64,000 nucleotides of DNA, taken from Candidatus Thorarchaeota archaeon. Lineage in GTDB: Archaea > Asgardarchaeota > Thorarchaeia > Thorarchaeales > Thorarchaeaceae. The DNA lies in NCBI GenBank assembly GCA_019057475.1, contig DXJO01000041.1, positions 1 through 64,000 of the forward strand, written 5' to 3'. Below the pieces are notes generated by a model. That model saw nothing but the letters and a program-made list of their open reading frames with translations. It was not told the DNA's origin and did not search any database. Positions within the stretch are counted from its first letter, which is position 1. Each line of letters starts with the position of its first letter. Both the position numbers and the translations under genes were made by a program. Positions 28,596-38,811 of this stretch are shown piece after piece.

Positions 28596-29585
28596 CTACC
28601 TTGGACAGTCTACTTCACCAAGTATCTTCGAAACGACCCGCTGGACTGTGAGTCCTTCGAGTTCAGCTTCGGGCTTCAGAATCAACCTATGATTGAGTGT
28701 TTGGACGCACAGCTTCCGTACATCTTCAGGCACAACATAATCACGATTTTGCATCGTCGCACGGCTCTTGGACGCGCTCATGAGCACCAAAGATGCGCGC
28801 GGTGAGCCACCAAGCAGTATCTGGGGGTCGTTGCGCGTACGTACAACGATGTCTCGGATGTAGTTGATGATGTCCTCCTCAAGGAAGACTGTCTTGCAGG
28901 TGTTTTGCATTGCAACGATTGTATTAGGGTCAGAAAGCACACGCAAATCAGTGGCCATCCCAATGTGCTTCCGGCGAACAACTTCAGCCTCTTCAGTATC
29001 AGTTGGATAGCCAAGTATTAATCTGAACATGAACCTGTCCAACTGTGCTTCTGGCAGCGGGTACGTGCCCTCCTGTTCTACTGGGTTTTGAGTTGCGACT
29101 ATCAAGAAGGGCCTTGGTAGCTTACGCGTAACGCCCTCGATTGAAACCTGTCGCTCTTCCATCACTTCAAGCAACGCACTCTGCGATTTTGGAGGACAGC
29201 GGTTGATCTCATCAGCCAGAACCAGATTCGCGAATACGGGACCCTTGCGGTACCAAAATTCACCTGATTTCTGGTTGAAAACGTTGCTGCCCAAGAGGTC
29301 AGCAGGTAGTGTGTCAACAGTGAGCTGAATTCTCTTGAAAGCACAGCCCAGGATTGAAGCAAAGGTTCTCGCCATGTAGGTCTTCGCAATACCTGGTACC
29401 CCTTCAAGGACCACATGTCCGTTTGACAGGAATGCGACGAGCACATCCGCGAGAATGTCGGTCTTGCCGACTATAACCCGGCTGCACTCATTGATTATCT
29501 CAGTTGTCAAGTCATGGACTTCTTGGATGGTCAGCACCTGGGACACCTCCGCTTGACCTTGGTCGGTTGCATCTTTTGTTGTCAT
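28596..29585 (-). CDS. moxR: MoxR family AAA+ ATPase
   Basis: GVPGIAKT, LADEINR, ATQNPVEQEGTYPLPEAQLDRF and G.SPRA. Confidence 0.95.
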   Translation of the reverse strand: MTTKDATDQGQAEVSQVLTIQEVHDLTTEIINECSRVIVGKTDILADVLVAFLSNGHVVLEGVPGIAKTYMARTFASILGCAFKRIQLTVDTLPADLLGSNVFNQKSGEFWYRKGPVFANLVLADEINRCPPKSQSALLEVMEERQVSIEGVTRKLPRPFLIVATQNPVEQEGTYPLPEAQLDRFMFRLILGYPTDTEEAEVVRRKHIGMATDLRVLSDPNTIVAMQNTCKTVFLEEDIINYIRDIVVRTRNDPQILLGGSPRASLVLMSASKSRATMQNRDYVVPEDVRKLCVQTLNHRLILKPEAELEGLTVQRVVSKILGEVDCPR

Positions 29586-29603
29586 GCTATTTGTTCCACC
29601 TCA

Positions 29604-30995
29604 TTATGTTACAATTAGTAGTTTTTCGATATCGCGCATCCAAAAGAATAGCGACATCATCTCACTTTCTCTGATCTTCATTCCCGGTTTTGCGGAGATT
29701 TCCTCGATTCGTCGGACTGTCTTGAAGAACTTGTCCTCTGTCAACCGGGGGTCTTTGTGTCTAGCCAGAGCCCACATCTTCTTCGGGTCATATTGGTCCC
29801 ACATATGCTTCGTCTGTAATCCTCGCCGCATCTTTCTGTATATCATCTTGACTACCCGGGCGTAGTTGCCCTCAGTCCGGTAGTATGTCATCCGCTCGCT
29901 GAAGTAGGTCTGCCCTCTCCGTAGGAAAACGTCGGATACGTTCTTGACTTCGGGTTTCTTAATCTCTGGCAGATACTTCTTGATACCAAGAGCGGTCAAA
30001 ATGGGATATAGTGATGAAACGAAAGGTAAGGCACTCATCCACATTATTCTGCTTAGGAATTGACCGAACCAGAACTCCGCTGAGTTTGGAGGTACTGCGA
30101 GTAGTTGTTCGCAGAAGAGAATTGGCGTTTCAGCGTCACTGAATGAGAGCCAATCCAGAATGTTCATCCCGAACCGCTGATTTCCAGCAAATTTCTCCAG
30201 CATATCATTAGTGAATATGCTGGGGTCACTTACCGCTACAAGCCTGCCTGAACGTCCACCTGTCAAACTGGGAACTTCAAGCACGCCCGCAACAGGAAGC
30301 CGACCTGCCCATTCGCCGGGGTCCGGATTCGGGTTTGACTGGCTTGTATTAGTTTCACACCAGGACCGTGTTGATGACCACGCCACAGCTGCAATCGGAG
30401 ACCCGAGAAGGCATGTTGGACTCAGGGTCGATGCCCAGTTGAGATGCAGGTCGCTCACGCCATTCGTAACGGGATGGCCTACGAAATCGGTGATAATTGG
30501 GAATCTTGGGCTAGTATCGTAGGAGTCTAGATCAAGAAGAAGACCGCGTGTGAAGGAGAGGAATCCATCCACGCCAGCTTCTTCCAGCCGCGCACCGCCC
30601 ATGATGTCAAAGAGATACTCATTGAGCCAGTAAAACGAACTGTTTGCAGTCCCAAAATCGTCCGCCACCAGGACACTGCCGCCATTTGACAGGTGACCGA
30701 ATATCGAGAAGACTGTATCTGCACTGAAGTCTCTAACAGGACCCATGATGACCAGCACTGCTGAACCATTGTATCTAGTAACAACGCTCATGGAGGACTG
30801 TACCGCCAACACTTGATTCCCGTTTTCCTCGATCATGGATCGATATGTGCTGAGTCCATTCCATTCGGTGTTGTAGATTGAGAAGTCCTGTGTGTAAGTC
30901 CCTGAGGCGCCAGTGAGAGTACTGCCGATTAAGAATCCAGCTGGGAGCCAAACTAGAATGAACAACACGATCCAGAGACTCTCTTTCCAGCCCAT
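29604..30995 (-). CDS. DUF4350 domain membrane protein
   Basis: FSIYNTEWNGLS, GGSVLVADDFGTANS and VSDPSIFTNDML. Confidence 0.85.
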   Translation of the reverse strand: MGWKESLWIVLFILVWLPAGFLIGSTLTGASGTYTQDFSIYNTEWNGLSTYRSMIEENGNQVLAVQSSMSVVTRYNGSAVLVIMGPVRDFSADTVFSIFGHLSNGGSVLVADDFGTANSSFYWLNEYLFDIMGGARLEEAGVDGFLSFTRGLLLDLDSYDTSPRFPIITDFVGHPVTNGVSDLHLNWASTLSPTCLLGSPIAAVAWSSTRSWCETNTSQSNPNPDPGEWAGRLPVAGVLEVPSLTGGRSGRLVAVSDPSIFTNDMLEKFAGNQRFGMNILDWLSFSDAETPILFCEQLLAVPPNSAEFWFGQFLSRIMWMSALPFVSSLYPILTALGIKKYLPEIKKPEVKNVSDVFLRRGQTYFSERMTYYRTEGNYARVVKMIYRKMRRGLQTKHMWDQYDPKKMWALARHKDPRLTEDKFFKTVRRIEEISAKPGMKIRESEMMSLFFWMRDIEKLLIVT

Positions 30996-31012
30996 CTCAG
31001 TTCACCTATCAG

Positions 31013-31465
31013 TTACTCAAGCTTTGCCTTCACGCTCGCATCAACACGTGGATACAGATCCGTGAATGTTTTGATTGCGAACTCATAGCGCTCACGTGTC
31101 ATCTCGTGATGCGAGAATCGAGCCTCCTCGTAGGTGTGCAGAAAATCTTCGACTGCCGCACCATCGATAGGGAGCTCCTTTACCATGCGTTGCATGAACC
31201 CGTGTGCTGTTTCGGAGTTGAGTCGTTCTGCGCCCATCTTTGAGCCACACATCTGCTCGAATGTACGGTATGCTAGGGTAATAGCTGCACCGTACTTTCC
31301 CGCGTCTGCCAGCTTCTTTATGTTCCTAAGTTTGCTGGGGATATCCACCCGCTCTGATTCGACAGGGCCTTGAAACATCCCTCGCACATAGTATAGATAG
31401 AGTAGAACAACTATTATCGCGCCAGCTAGAGCGGCGATTGGAAGGATCTGGTCTAGTGTTTGCAT
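31013..31465 (-). CDS. DUF4129 domain protein
   Basis: TM plus AAITLAY...SETAHGF...YEEARFS. Confidence 0.85.
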   Translation of the reverse strand: MQTLDQILPIAALAGAIIVVLLYLYYVRGMFQGPVESERVDIPSKLRNIKKLADAGKYGAAITLAYRTFEQMCGSKMGAERLNSETAHGFMQRMVKELPIDGAAVEDFLHTYEEARFSHHEMTRERYEFAIKTFTDLYPRVDASVKAKLE

Positions 31466-31469
31466 CCCA

Positions 31470-34400
31470 TTACCACCGTTTACCTTTATGATGATTAAAT
31501 GATATATTGAGTCTGAAACCCGGCTTGTAGGATTTTAGGAACCGGGTGTATGATCGTCTGTACCGTGCTATGACCAACAATGCGATGATGCCCTCCACAG
31601 AGATTACTAGAATCCACATGATTAACATCATCCCCGCAGGAATCTCACCAGGGCCAGATATATTGACCGTGTACTGGCCCGAGCGAACATCCGTAGTTTC
31701 GGATGACGTAATTATGATGCGGTACGTGAAAGCGCCCTCCTCTGCTGGAACCGTCGCTGTGACCGTGAATGTGCCGTCCGGGCCAGTCGTGGTCGGATTC
31801 GTTGTGGTTGTGAAATTAACTACAATCTCGATGTTGCGGTTGGCTATCGGATCCCCATTTTCGTCGATGAGTAGTCCATTGAATGTGAAATTCTGTCCAG
31901 GAGCAACCATTGTGAGAGTGCCAGTCATGTCGAAACTAACGTTGTCTGTAAAGATATGCATCCTTTCAGATGTTTCTGCAGAAGAGGCTAGTACGCCTGT
32001 AGTGCCGGAGTACTCAACCCGTAAAGCGTAATAATCAGACGTGTCCCAAGAAACCGGCAGAGTGAATCTGAATCTGTGTTCACTGCTGGTATTGATTGCT
32101 GCGACGCCTATTGGGGTACTCTCGAGAAGGGTGTCAAGATAGATGTTGACTACTGCCCCCGGTATTGCATTTCCAAGGTAGTCAGCAAGACTGATGATGA
32201 ATGAATAGCTCTCTCCGGGCATAATATCTGGGGGGGTTGAAGGGTCAAAGCGCACCTGTAGGGCCGACTGCGTAAACAATGTGATGATCCATGTGTCCAC
32301 ATTGCTGGTGACATCATAGTATCCGGGCACATTTGCGAGACTGAGTACATAATTTCCGAAAGAATAAGCGGAAGTATTAGTCCATGTTCTGGAAAAATTG
32401 CCGTCCGATTGTGAAGTAGTTGTGAGAATACGACTGCCATCAACCAAGATGTCTAATGTAATTCCGGGAGCTGGCCCACCTCCATTGGAAACATAGCCAG
32501 TCACTATCAAGGATTCACCAATGTTCAGGGCGGTAACTAACTGAACGTTCATGTGCAGTTCGACCGAGTCCCAAATCTCCAGACTTTCGGGAGCGGTCTG
32601 AGCATTCTCGATTGCAGGCGTAGGTGATGAGAATAGAGCATAAATGTTGCTTGGGCCAAGCGGATATATCCAAGGTATGGAGTAGTTAACTGAGAAGCTG
32701 CCCCCACCGACAGTAGTCGCATTCCTGACCGAGACCCCAGCAAGCATAATATCTACAACATAACCCACCATGGGAGTACCATTGGCAAATGTCAGGGTGC
32801 CAGAAATAGTGACTGAAGCCCCCCTATACACTAAGCTCGGAATTGCATTCGCAGTGAGATTGACAGGAATCTGCTGAACCTGAACTGGAATGATAAGCGA
32901 TTGACCGGAACTGATGTAGGAGTCTGCCGGTGTACAGTTGGCCCACACCTGTAGTATCCCCACGGGTACCGCTTCGGTGATTTGGACCACAACCCAGAAC
33001 CGTCCGCTGCCATCAGTGACTAATGACTCTATGAAGAAGTCAACGAAATCAATGCTATGGCGACCCCAGATATCAACGGCGGCAAAGGCATATGGAGTGC
33101 CATTGTCAAGGCTGAGAACACCTGAGATGTTCAAGTTCTCCGAGATGTAGACAGGATTTGGTGTTGCATCAAACGGCACCCAGACCAAAGTATAGGCGTC
33201 AATATCAATCGGGATTGGTATTGCTGTATGATTGTCTATCCAGTTCACACTCGACAGATATCGCACAGTGACATCGTAGCTGCCCGGAGTCGTTGATTGA
33301 GGAATCGTCCAAGAGCAAGTGAAGGATCCGTCAGATGCGGTGGTGTCATTGTCAACCACTCCCACGCCCACAACAAGCATCTCTACAATGACGCCTTCAA
33401 AGGGCACACTCGACCCGTACTCCAGTGTTCCTGTAACCACCACGGTTTCGGTGAGATGGAAGACTGTGATTCCACCAGTACTAAATCCAATGAGTGTCGC
33501 CCATCGTTGAAGGGTTAATGATTCGTGAGTGGATTCAACACCCTCAATGAGCTGAGTGCCATTATAGATCCCGTAGACCTGAACAGAGAGATCCGTGTAG
33601 TCATGCATGCCAGAGTAAGGATGACTCGCCTGACCACTCCCATCGGTAGTCACGTTCGTAATCCATGAAATCCCAGTTGAGTTTTCCCACCATAGCGAAA
33701 CCACTGCACCGCTAATATTAGCACTATTGTGAGAGAAGTAGAGATGAACAGTGATTGTGACAGTTTCGTTCAGATAGACTGAATTGACAAAGGAAACGTC
33801 CAGAGTCACAAGGTAGAGCGACAGAGTTACCGTTTCAGTTGCTGATGTGTCACTCTCCACGTACGGGTTCAGGCTTGTGTAGCTTGCCCACATCTGAATA
33901 TCTTCTGCATCATCACTGATAGAGAGGTTGTAGAGGAAGCTATAGCCGCCCGTGCTGTTAGTTGTCTTCTGAAACGTGAATGTTCCAGAGCTGTTTACAT
34001 AATATATAGTGATGATCTCCCCAGCAAGGGGTGTGCCATCCACAAGAGTCAGATTGCCGGAGAACACGATGACCTCGTCGAGGAAGTGAAAATCTGAGTC
34101 GGGGGTGCCAGTTAGTGTTACCTGGTACAACTGAACCGTTAGAGAAGGCGTAAGAGTTGCTGAAGCGTCGCTCTGAGTTGCTATAGTTGAGTTCCACTCA
34201 ACCCATACTGCGACCGTGCTGGTGGAGTCGCTCAGTGTTAGATTGTAGTAGAAATCGTACCAGCCTGTGGAGTTTGTTGTGGCGTTGAACAGGTATTGTG
34301 TCCCATTGTCCCAGTAGATTTGAATGGTCATGTCTACAAATGGAGACCCATCCGAACCGTTTTGGAGCCTACCCCAGATGTGCACGACCTCATCCAAGTG

Positions 34401-37289
34401 GTAGTGTGTAGCATTGGAATAGACTGAGACGATGCTGCTTAGCCGCTCGATTGTGACCGAAACCGTTGAAGAGTTTGCACCTGCAAACGGAGATATTTCC
34501 ACAAACTGAGCCCATACAGTCACACTTTCATCTAGATGACTGAATGGCACCTCATGGTCATAGACATACCCACCTGTTGCGTTTGAAATTACATTCGTTA
34601 TGTTGAAGGTGCCCGATGAGTTGGTCCACCATATCTTCACGGAAGCGCCAGCAAGCAGCGCTGGGTATTCAGGGACTATTACAAGTCCCTCGATTCTCGT
34701 GGTTTCGAGTGGATGTAAGGTTGTAGGATTGACTGCTATGGTAAGTACAATGTCCCAGTTCTTCACGGTAATTGTCATGCTTGAGGAGGTCGCATTTAGG
34801 TAGTTGGGATCTGAGGACCCCTCCCACTTCGACCAATAGGTTACAGTCCCCATGTCGCTTGGTAGTGCGGTATACTCCAACTCATAATATCCAGTTGCGT
34901 TGGTGAAAACCGTGCCAATCAAGTGCGGTCCCGTCGAGTTCTGCCAATAGATATTGACCCACTTGTTTGCCAAGCCACTACTGTTGATTGGGTCATAGAG
35001 CTGTCCGAATATGGTGATGTTTTCCCAAACGTGAAGGCTTTCTGCGGGTGGTTGCGGTACTGAGTCAATGGTTAGCTCCGCTCCCCGAATGGTAACTTGG
35101 ATAGGCACAGTTTCGCTCCAGTTGCCTAGGACATGATCTATCGTGGAACTCCAATTCGCTCGAGCATTATATGTCCCCGGCGCGTGTGCAGCAGGGATTG
35201 TATAGGGGGCATTGAAGCCACCAGTACTGTTTGTAGTGGCGCTAAACAGGAAATTTCCGTCAAAGAAGAGGCCAATATCCTCTCCGATAAGGGGTGTCCC
35301 ATCCAGAAGTTCGACCTGACCATCGTACGTTATTGATTCCCCTCGAAAGACGGGAGATGGAATAACATTCAGTGTGAATGAGATCTTGCCCCACACATCA
35401 ACGGTCGAGTTGTCAATAGATTGTGCCGGAAATAGATGGGGAACTCCCTGTCGGTACTCCCCTGCGTAAAAGGACCATACCTCGTGCATCCCCGTGCCCA
35501 TTCTCGGGTCAGCGGCGTCCACATAGATGTCTAGCTGGTAGGTGCCGTCAGCCTGTATCGTTGCATTTCCAATCCAAGTTTCATCCCACATAATCTGGAT
35601 CTGGTCGTTGATGAGTGTCGTACCGTTCACTGGTTCGCCTTGCACAGTCATCAATCCATGCGCATGAACTGTGTCTGTCCACACAGAAGTGTAATTGTCC
35701 CAACCGAGTTTCAGATTCACATCGATAGTTTCACTGAAACAGAACCTGCCTTCGCCGAGCGGCTCTGGCTGAGCCACCGCAAAGACGTAGGTGAAGTTGG
35801 TGACGCTGAAACTTCCCTGGTCGTACGTTGCGCTTATGTTGTGAAGACCCAGGTCGGCATCCGGTGGAAATGCATAGGTAAAGTTGGCCAGCGGCCATAG
35901 AGTCCCCTGTACTATCGTAGCAGTGCCAAGATGAAGAGACGCAGTTTCGTCACGGAACCGTATCGTCGCACCCTCGCCTGTAGGCAGGCCCTGAAGCAGC
36001 AAAGCAGCACTGAGATCGAATGGGTCCTCGAGTAACGCCCAGGGCTCAGCCAAGTTAGGCCAAACAAGAACCTGAAGATCTCCTTCTCCAACATTCTCAG
36101 GGATATCCCCCCCACCCATATCATCCGGCAGTGGGATTGGAACTACCTGTATCCACTCGCCACCCCCACCCGACATCGGTATGAAGACCTCAGCCCAGAA
36201 CATCATGTGACGTACTCGCACCACACTATGTGTTCCTTCTTGATCTCCCACAGCATAGCCTATTGTCATTCTAGCGGGAATGTCAAGATAGCGCATGTAG
36301 ACACAGTAGGCTGTGGCAAAGTCCATTGGTAAACCACCACCCCTCTCGATGAACCAATCCGTAACCTCTCGGCCTGGCTCGGGGCGCTCCTGGTAGTTAT
36401 CGAGCGTCAGCTCGAATGTAGTGCGGAAGTAAGCATCGACCAACACGGCCATTTCATAGGCATTGTCAGCCGCTCCTAGGAACTGAGAAGCATTGTCTTG
36501 TACGCGTTGTGAGAGCGGTTCAACATCCTCGAGCGCAGTGTAGGTTGTGTAGATATCTTCCGGGGCGAAATTTCCCGGCATCGCATTGCTCGCGACGTTG
36601 GTTAGGTCTTGTTGCCTGTATGTTACCTCGTAACTGATCAGCACATACTCGTCGCTCTCGCCTTCTATAAGGGGGTTGAACAGAAGTGTGTTGTAATCAT
36701 CTGTTTCAAGGGTGTACTGCAGAAGTAAGCCATTCGGATGGCTTTGAAACGAGTCTTGTATGACTTGGATTTGCGGGAACAATGCAGGCAGCTCAACACT
36801 TCCTGTTGCCCCTCCTGCGGAAACATTGATGAAAATCGTGTAAATCGTGTTGCCTTGGGTTACCGCCTGTGCTCTGGTAATGAGCTCTGTGCTGTCAAGG
36901 GGTCCTGTATCCAATTGTGTCTTGGCCCATCCAGAGCCATCATAGCTATCATAGGCGGTACTGCGCCATAACTGAGGTGGATTATACGGGTCTACGATGA
37001 AGAGCACGTTCTCAAGCTGTTCAAGGAGATTGTCGGGAAGGGTCATGTTAAGTGGCAGGTCTTGATAGGTCACGTTCTCGAACCAGTTACTCGTCCAGTC
37101 ATTAAAGTTAACGTTGATTTCCCATTCGTCAGGAGGATATGGCTCGTGTGGATTTTCCAACCTCACCACACCTGCTTGGATGTTGAGAACGCTCCAAGTG
37201 GCCCAAATTATGGTGGCAACTAGGAATAGTGAGCTGATGAGAGTTATTGGGCTTGCCTTGCGGCGAACACCGGTTTTTGTGGCACTCAA
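31470..37289 (-). CDS. Giant transglutaminase-like (catalytically degenerate) surface protein with many Ig-like repeats and C-terminal TM
   Basis: LWRSTAYDSYDGSGW, DWFIERGGGLPMDFATAY..RYLDIPARM.IGY and FWAEVF, followed by >10 'T(T)N.TG.Y' beta-sandwich repeats. Confidence 0.85.
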   Translation of the reverse strand: MSATKTGVRRKASPITLISSLFLVATIIWATWSVLNIQAGVVRLENPHEPYPPDEWEINVNFNDWTSNWFENVTYQDLPLNMTLPDNLLEQLENVLFIVDPYNPPQLWRSTAYDSYDGSGWAKTQLDTGPLDSTELITRAQAVTQGNTIYTIFINVSAGGATGSVELPALFPQIQVIQDSFQSHPNGLLLQYTLETDDYNTLLFNPLIEGESDEYVLISYEVTYRQQDLTNVASNAMPGNFAPEDIYTTYTALEDVEPLSQRVQDNASQFLGAADNAYEMAVLVDAYFRTTFELTLDNYQERPEPGREVTDWFIERGGGLPMDFATAYCVYMRYLDIPARMTIGYAVGDQEGTHSVVRVRHMMFWAEVFIPMSGGGGEWIQVVPIPLPDDMGGGDIPENVGEGDLQVLVWPNLAEPWALLEDPFDLSAALLLQGLPTGEGATIRFRDETASLHLGTATIVQGTLWPLANFTYAFPPDADLGLHNISATYDQGSFSVTNFTYVFAVAQPEPLGEGRFCFSETIDVNLKLGWDNYTSVWTDTVHAHGLMTVQGEPVNGTTLINDQIQIMWDETWIGNATIQADGTYQLDIYVDAADPRMGTGMHEVWSFYAGEYRQGVPHLFPAQSIDNSTVDVWGKISFTLNVIPSPVFRGESITYDGQVELLDGTPLIGEDIGLFFDGNFLFSATTNSTGGFNAPYTIPAAHAPGTYNARANWSSTIDHVLGNWSETVPIQVTIRGAELTIDSVPQPPAESLHVWENITIFGQLYDPINSSGLANKWVNIYWQNSTGPHLIGTVFTNATGYYELEYTALPSDMGTVTYWSKWEGSSDPNYLNATSSSMTITVKNWDIVLTIAVNPTTLHPLETTRIEGLVIVPEYPALLAGASVKIWWTNSSGTFNITNVISNATGGYVYDHEVPFSHLDESVTVWAQFVEISPFAGANSSTVSVTIERLSSIVSVYSNATHYHLDEVVHIWGRLQNGSDGSPFVDMTIQIYWDNGTQYLFNATTNSTGWYDFYYNLTLSDSTSTVAVWVEWNSTIATQSDASATLTPSLTVQLYQVTLTGTPDSDFHFLDEVIVFSGNLTLVDGTPLAGEIITIYYVNSSGTFTFQKTTNSTGGYSFLYNLSISDDAEDIQMWASYTSLNPYVESDTSATETVTLSLYLVTLDVSFVNSVYLNETVTITVHLYFSHNSANISGAVVSLWWENSTGISWITNVTTDGSGQASHPYSGMHDYTDLSVQVYGIYNGTQLIEGVESTHESLTLQRWATLIGFSTGGITVFHLTETVVVTGTLEYGSSVPFEGVIVEMLVVGVGVVDNDTTASDGSFTCSWTIPQSTTPGSYDVTVRYLSSVNWIDNHTAIPIPIDIDAYTLVWVPFDATPNPVYISENLNISGVLSLDNGTPYAFAAVDIWGRHSIDFVDFFIESLVTDGSGRFWVVVQITEAVPVGILQVWANCTPADSYISSGQSLIIPVQVQQIPVNLTANAIPSLVYRGASVTISGTLTFANGTPMVGYVVDIMLAGVSVRNATTVGGGSFSVNYSIPWIYPLGPSNIYALFSSPTPAIENAQTAPESLEIWDSVELHMNVQLVTALNIGESLIVTGYVSNGGGPAPGITLDILVDGSRILTTTSQSDGNFSRTWTNTSAYSFGNYVLSLANVPGYYDVTSNVDTWIITLFTQSALQVRFDPSTPPDIMPGESYSFIISLADYLGNAIPGAVVNIYLDTLLESTPIGVAAINTSSEHRFRFTLPVSWDTSDYYALRVEYSGTTGVLASSAETSERMHIFTDNVSFDMTGTLTMVAPGQNFTFNGLLIDENGDPIANRNIEIVVNFTTTTNPTTTGPDGTFTVTATVPAEEGAFTYRIIITSSETTDVRSGQYTVNISGPGEIPAGMMLIMWILVISVEGIIALLVIARYRRSYTRFLKSYKPGFRLNISFNHHKGKRW

Positions 37290-37524
37290 CAGACATTTCC
37301 TCCGATTTTGTGATAGGTAAGATACATTGGGCGCGTGCTAAGGGGGGAGATATGGTCACCCCTCTGACAAACGATTTCGGGCCTAGCAATTAAAGCGTTT
37401 CTCGGATACGCAGGTCATTTATGACATCTTCGCGCATTTTTATGCCACTCAGAACACAGATATGTGGCTTTCTTGTCCGCGCTATTGTTTCATCCTTGAG
37501 TCACATGAGGAGTGCTGTATTCAG

Positions 37525-38115
37525 ATGATGGACGAAAAACTCGATGAGTTCGTAAGGAGTGTGCTTCTCACTTCCGAGAAGGGCGCTCACTCGTATGATC
37601 ACACAATGCGTGTCTATTCGCTTGCGATGTCAATAGGTTCGAAGGCTGGAGCAGATCTCAAGGTGCTTGGCGCTGCAGCTCAACTTCATGACATTGGGCG
37701 ACCACGTGAAGCACAGACAGGTGAATCACATTCAGCAATCTCTGGTGAGATGGGCAGACCCATCCTGCGAGAGGTAGGATACACTGAGCGCGAAATCGAA
37801 CTGGTTGTGCAGGCAATAAGGACACACAGGTTTAGTGAGGGCTTGACACCCACTTCGATCGAAGGTGAGGTTCTTAGTGATGCGGACAAGCTTGATGCAA
37901 TAGGAGCAATTGGCGTGTTTCGAGCCATTGCCCAAGCATCAATGACAGGTGTAGGTATTGACGGTTTTCTCAGTCACGCAGATGAGAAGCTATTGAAGCT
38001 GCGCAAGGTGATGTACACTAAACAGGCGAAGACCTTGGCAGAAAAGCGTCACTTTATTCTTGACAGATTCGTCAATCAGCTACGTGAAGAGATTCAATCC
38101 TATGTGGAGAATTAA
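37525..38115 (+). CDS. HD-domain phosphohydrolase (YedJ-like)
   Basis: HSYDHTMRV, LHDIGR, HRFS and DADKLDAIGAIG. Confidence 0.9.
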   Translation: MMDEKLDEFVRSVLLTSEKGAHSYDHTMRVYSLAMSIGSKAGADLKVLGAAAQLHDIGRPREAQTGESHSAISGEMGRPILREVGYTEREIELVVQAIRTHRFSEGLTPTSIEGEVLSDADKLDAIGAIGVFRAIAQASMTGVGIDGFLSHADEKLLKLRKVMYTKQAKTLAEKRHFILDRFVNQLREEIQSYVEN

Positions 38116-38120
38116 GGGAA

Positions 38121-38699
38121 TCAACCTTGCAGAAAGAGCTCCAAATAGGATGCTCTAATCGATTTATTCGAATCAAGCCCCAGTCGCTCAATGAGGTTGA
38201 ATATTATGTCCAGAGTCGGGTTCATGTCACCCCTCGATGTGACGACACGTTCCAGTTCCAAGAAAAGACCAACGTCCTCCACATCATCGACACTAACAGT
38301 GACAGAATCTACAGTGTAGAACACACGTCGTTTTGAGATGGTGGCCACGTGCTTGAATCCAAGACTCTCTAGGATTGACCGGGCGCTGTTTATGTTGCTG
38401 ATATTTACTGAGAGTTCAACGCGCGATTTGGACCGGGACTCTAGCTTTGGCCCCTTGTAGGTCAGCTCATATGGAGTGGGGATTGTGTTGTCTTTTTCGT
38501 CCCCTTCCACATCGGGATGACGGCTTCTTAGACGAAGAGCCTCGTCGGTTTCTTGAAAAGCCCTTGCAGGATGGTCGAAATAAACATCAACTTGGGTTTC
38601 GCTGTTCATCTTTTGCGCACCAATGCGATGAAGAGCTTCCTCAACGGACTTTCGATTCTCTATCGGTATCTTGACCTCAACCTCAATAGATTCCTTCAT
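38121..38699 (-). CDS. cyaB: CYTH-domain protein (class IV adenylate cyclase-like/triphosphate tunnel enzyme)
   Basis: EVEVK, D.YF..P, DEALRLR, TYKGPK, GLFLELE and SYLEL. Confidence 0.9.
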   Translation of the reverse strand: MKESIEVEVKIPIENRKSVEEALHRIGAQKMNSETQVDVYFDHPARAFQETDEALRLRSRHPDVEGDEKDNTIPTPYELTYKGPKLESRSKSRVELSVNISNINSARSILESLGFKHVATISKRRVFYTVDSVTVSVDDVEDVGLFLELERVVTSRGDMNPTLDIIFNLIERLGLDSNKSIRASYLELFLQG

Positions 38700-38811
38700 C
38701 TAAAACTAGGCTCCTGTCAGTGCATAGGTAAGAACTGCAAAATGACGGGGAAACAAGTCAATAGGTGTTTCCATAGAATCTATTTCTTACATTTCATGTG
38801 AGTGACACTCA

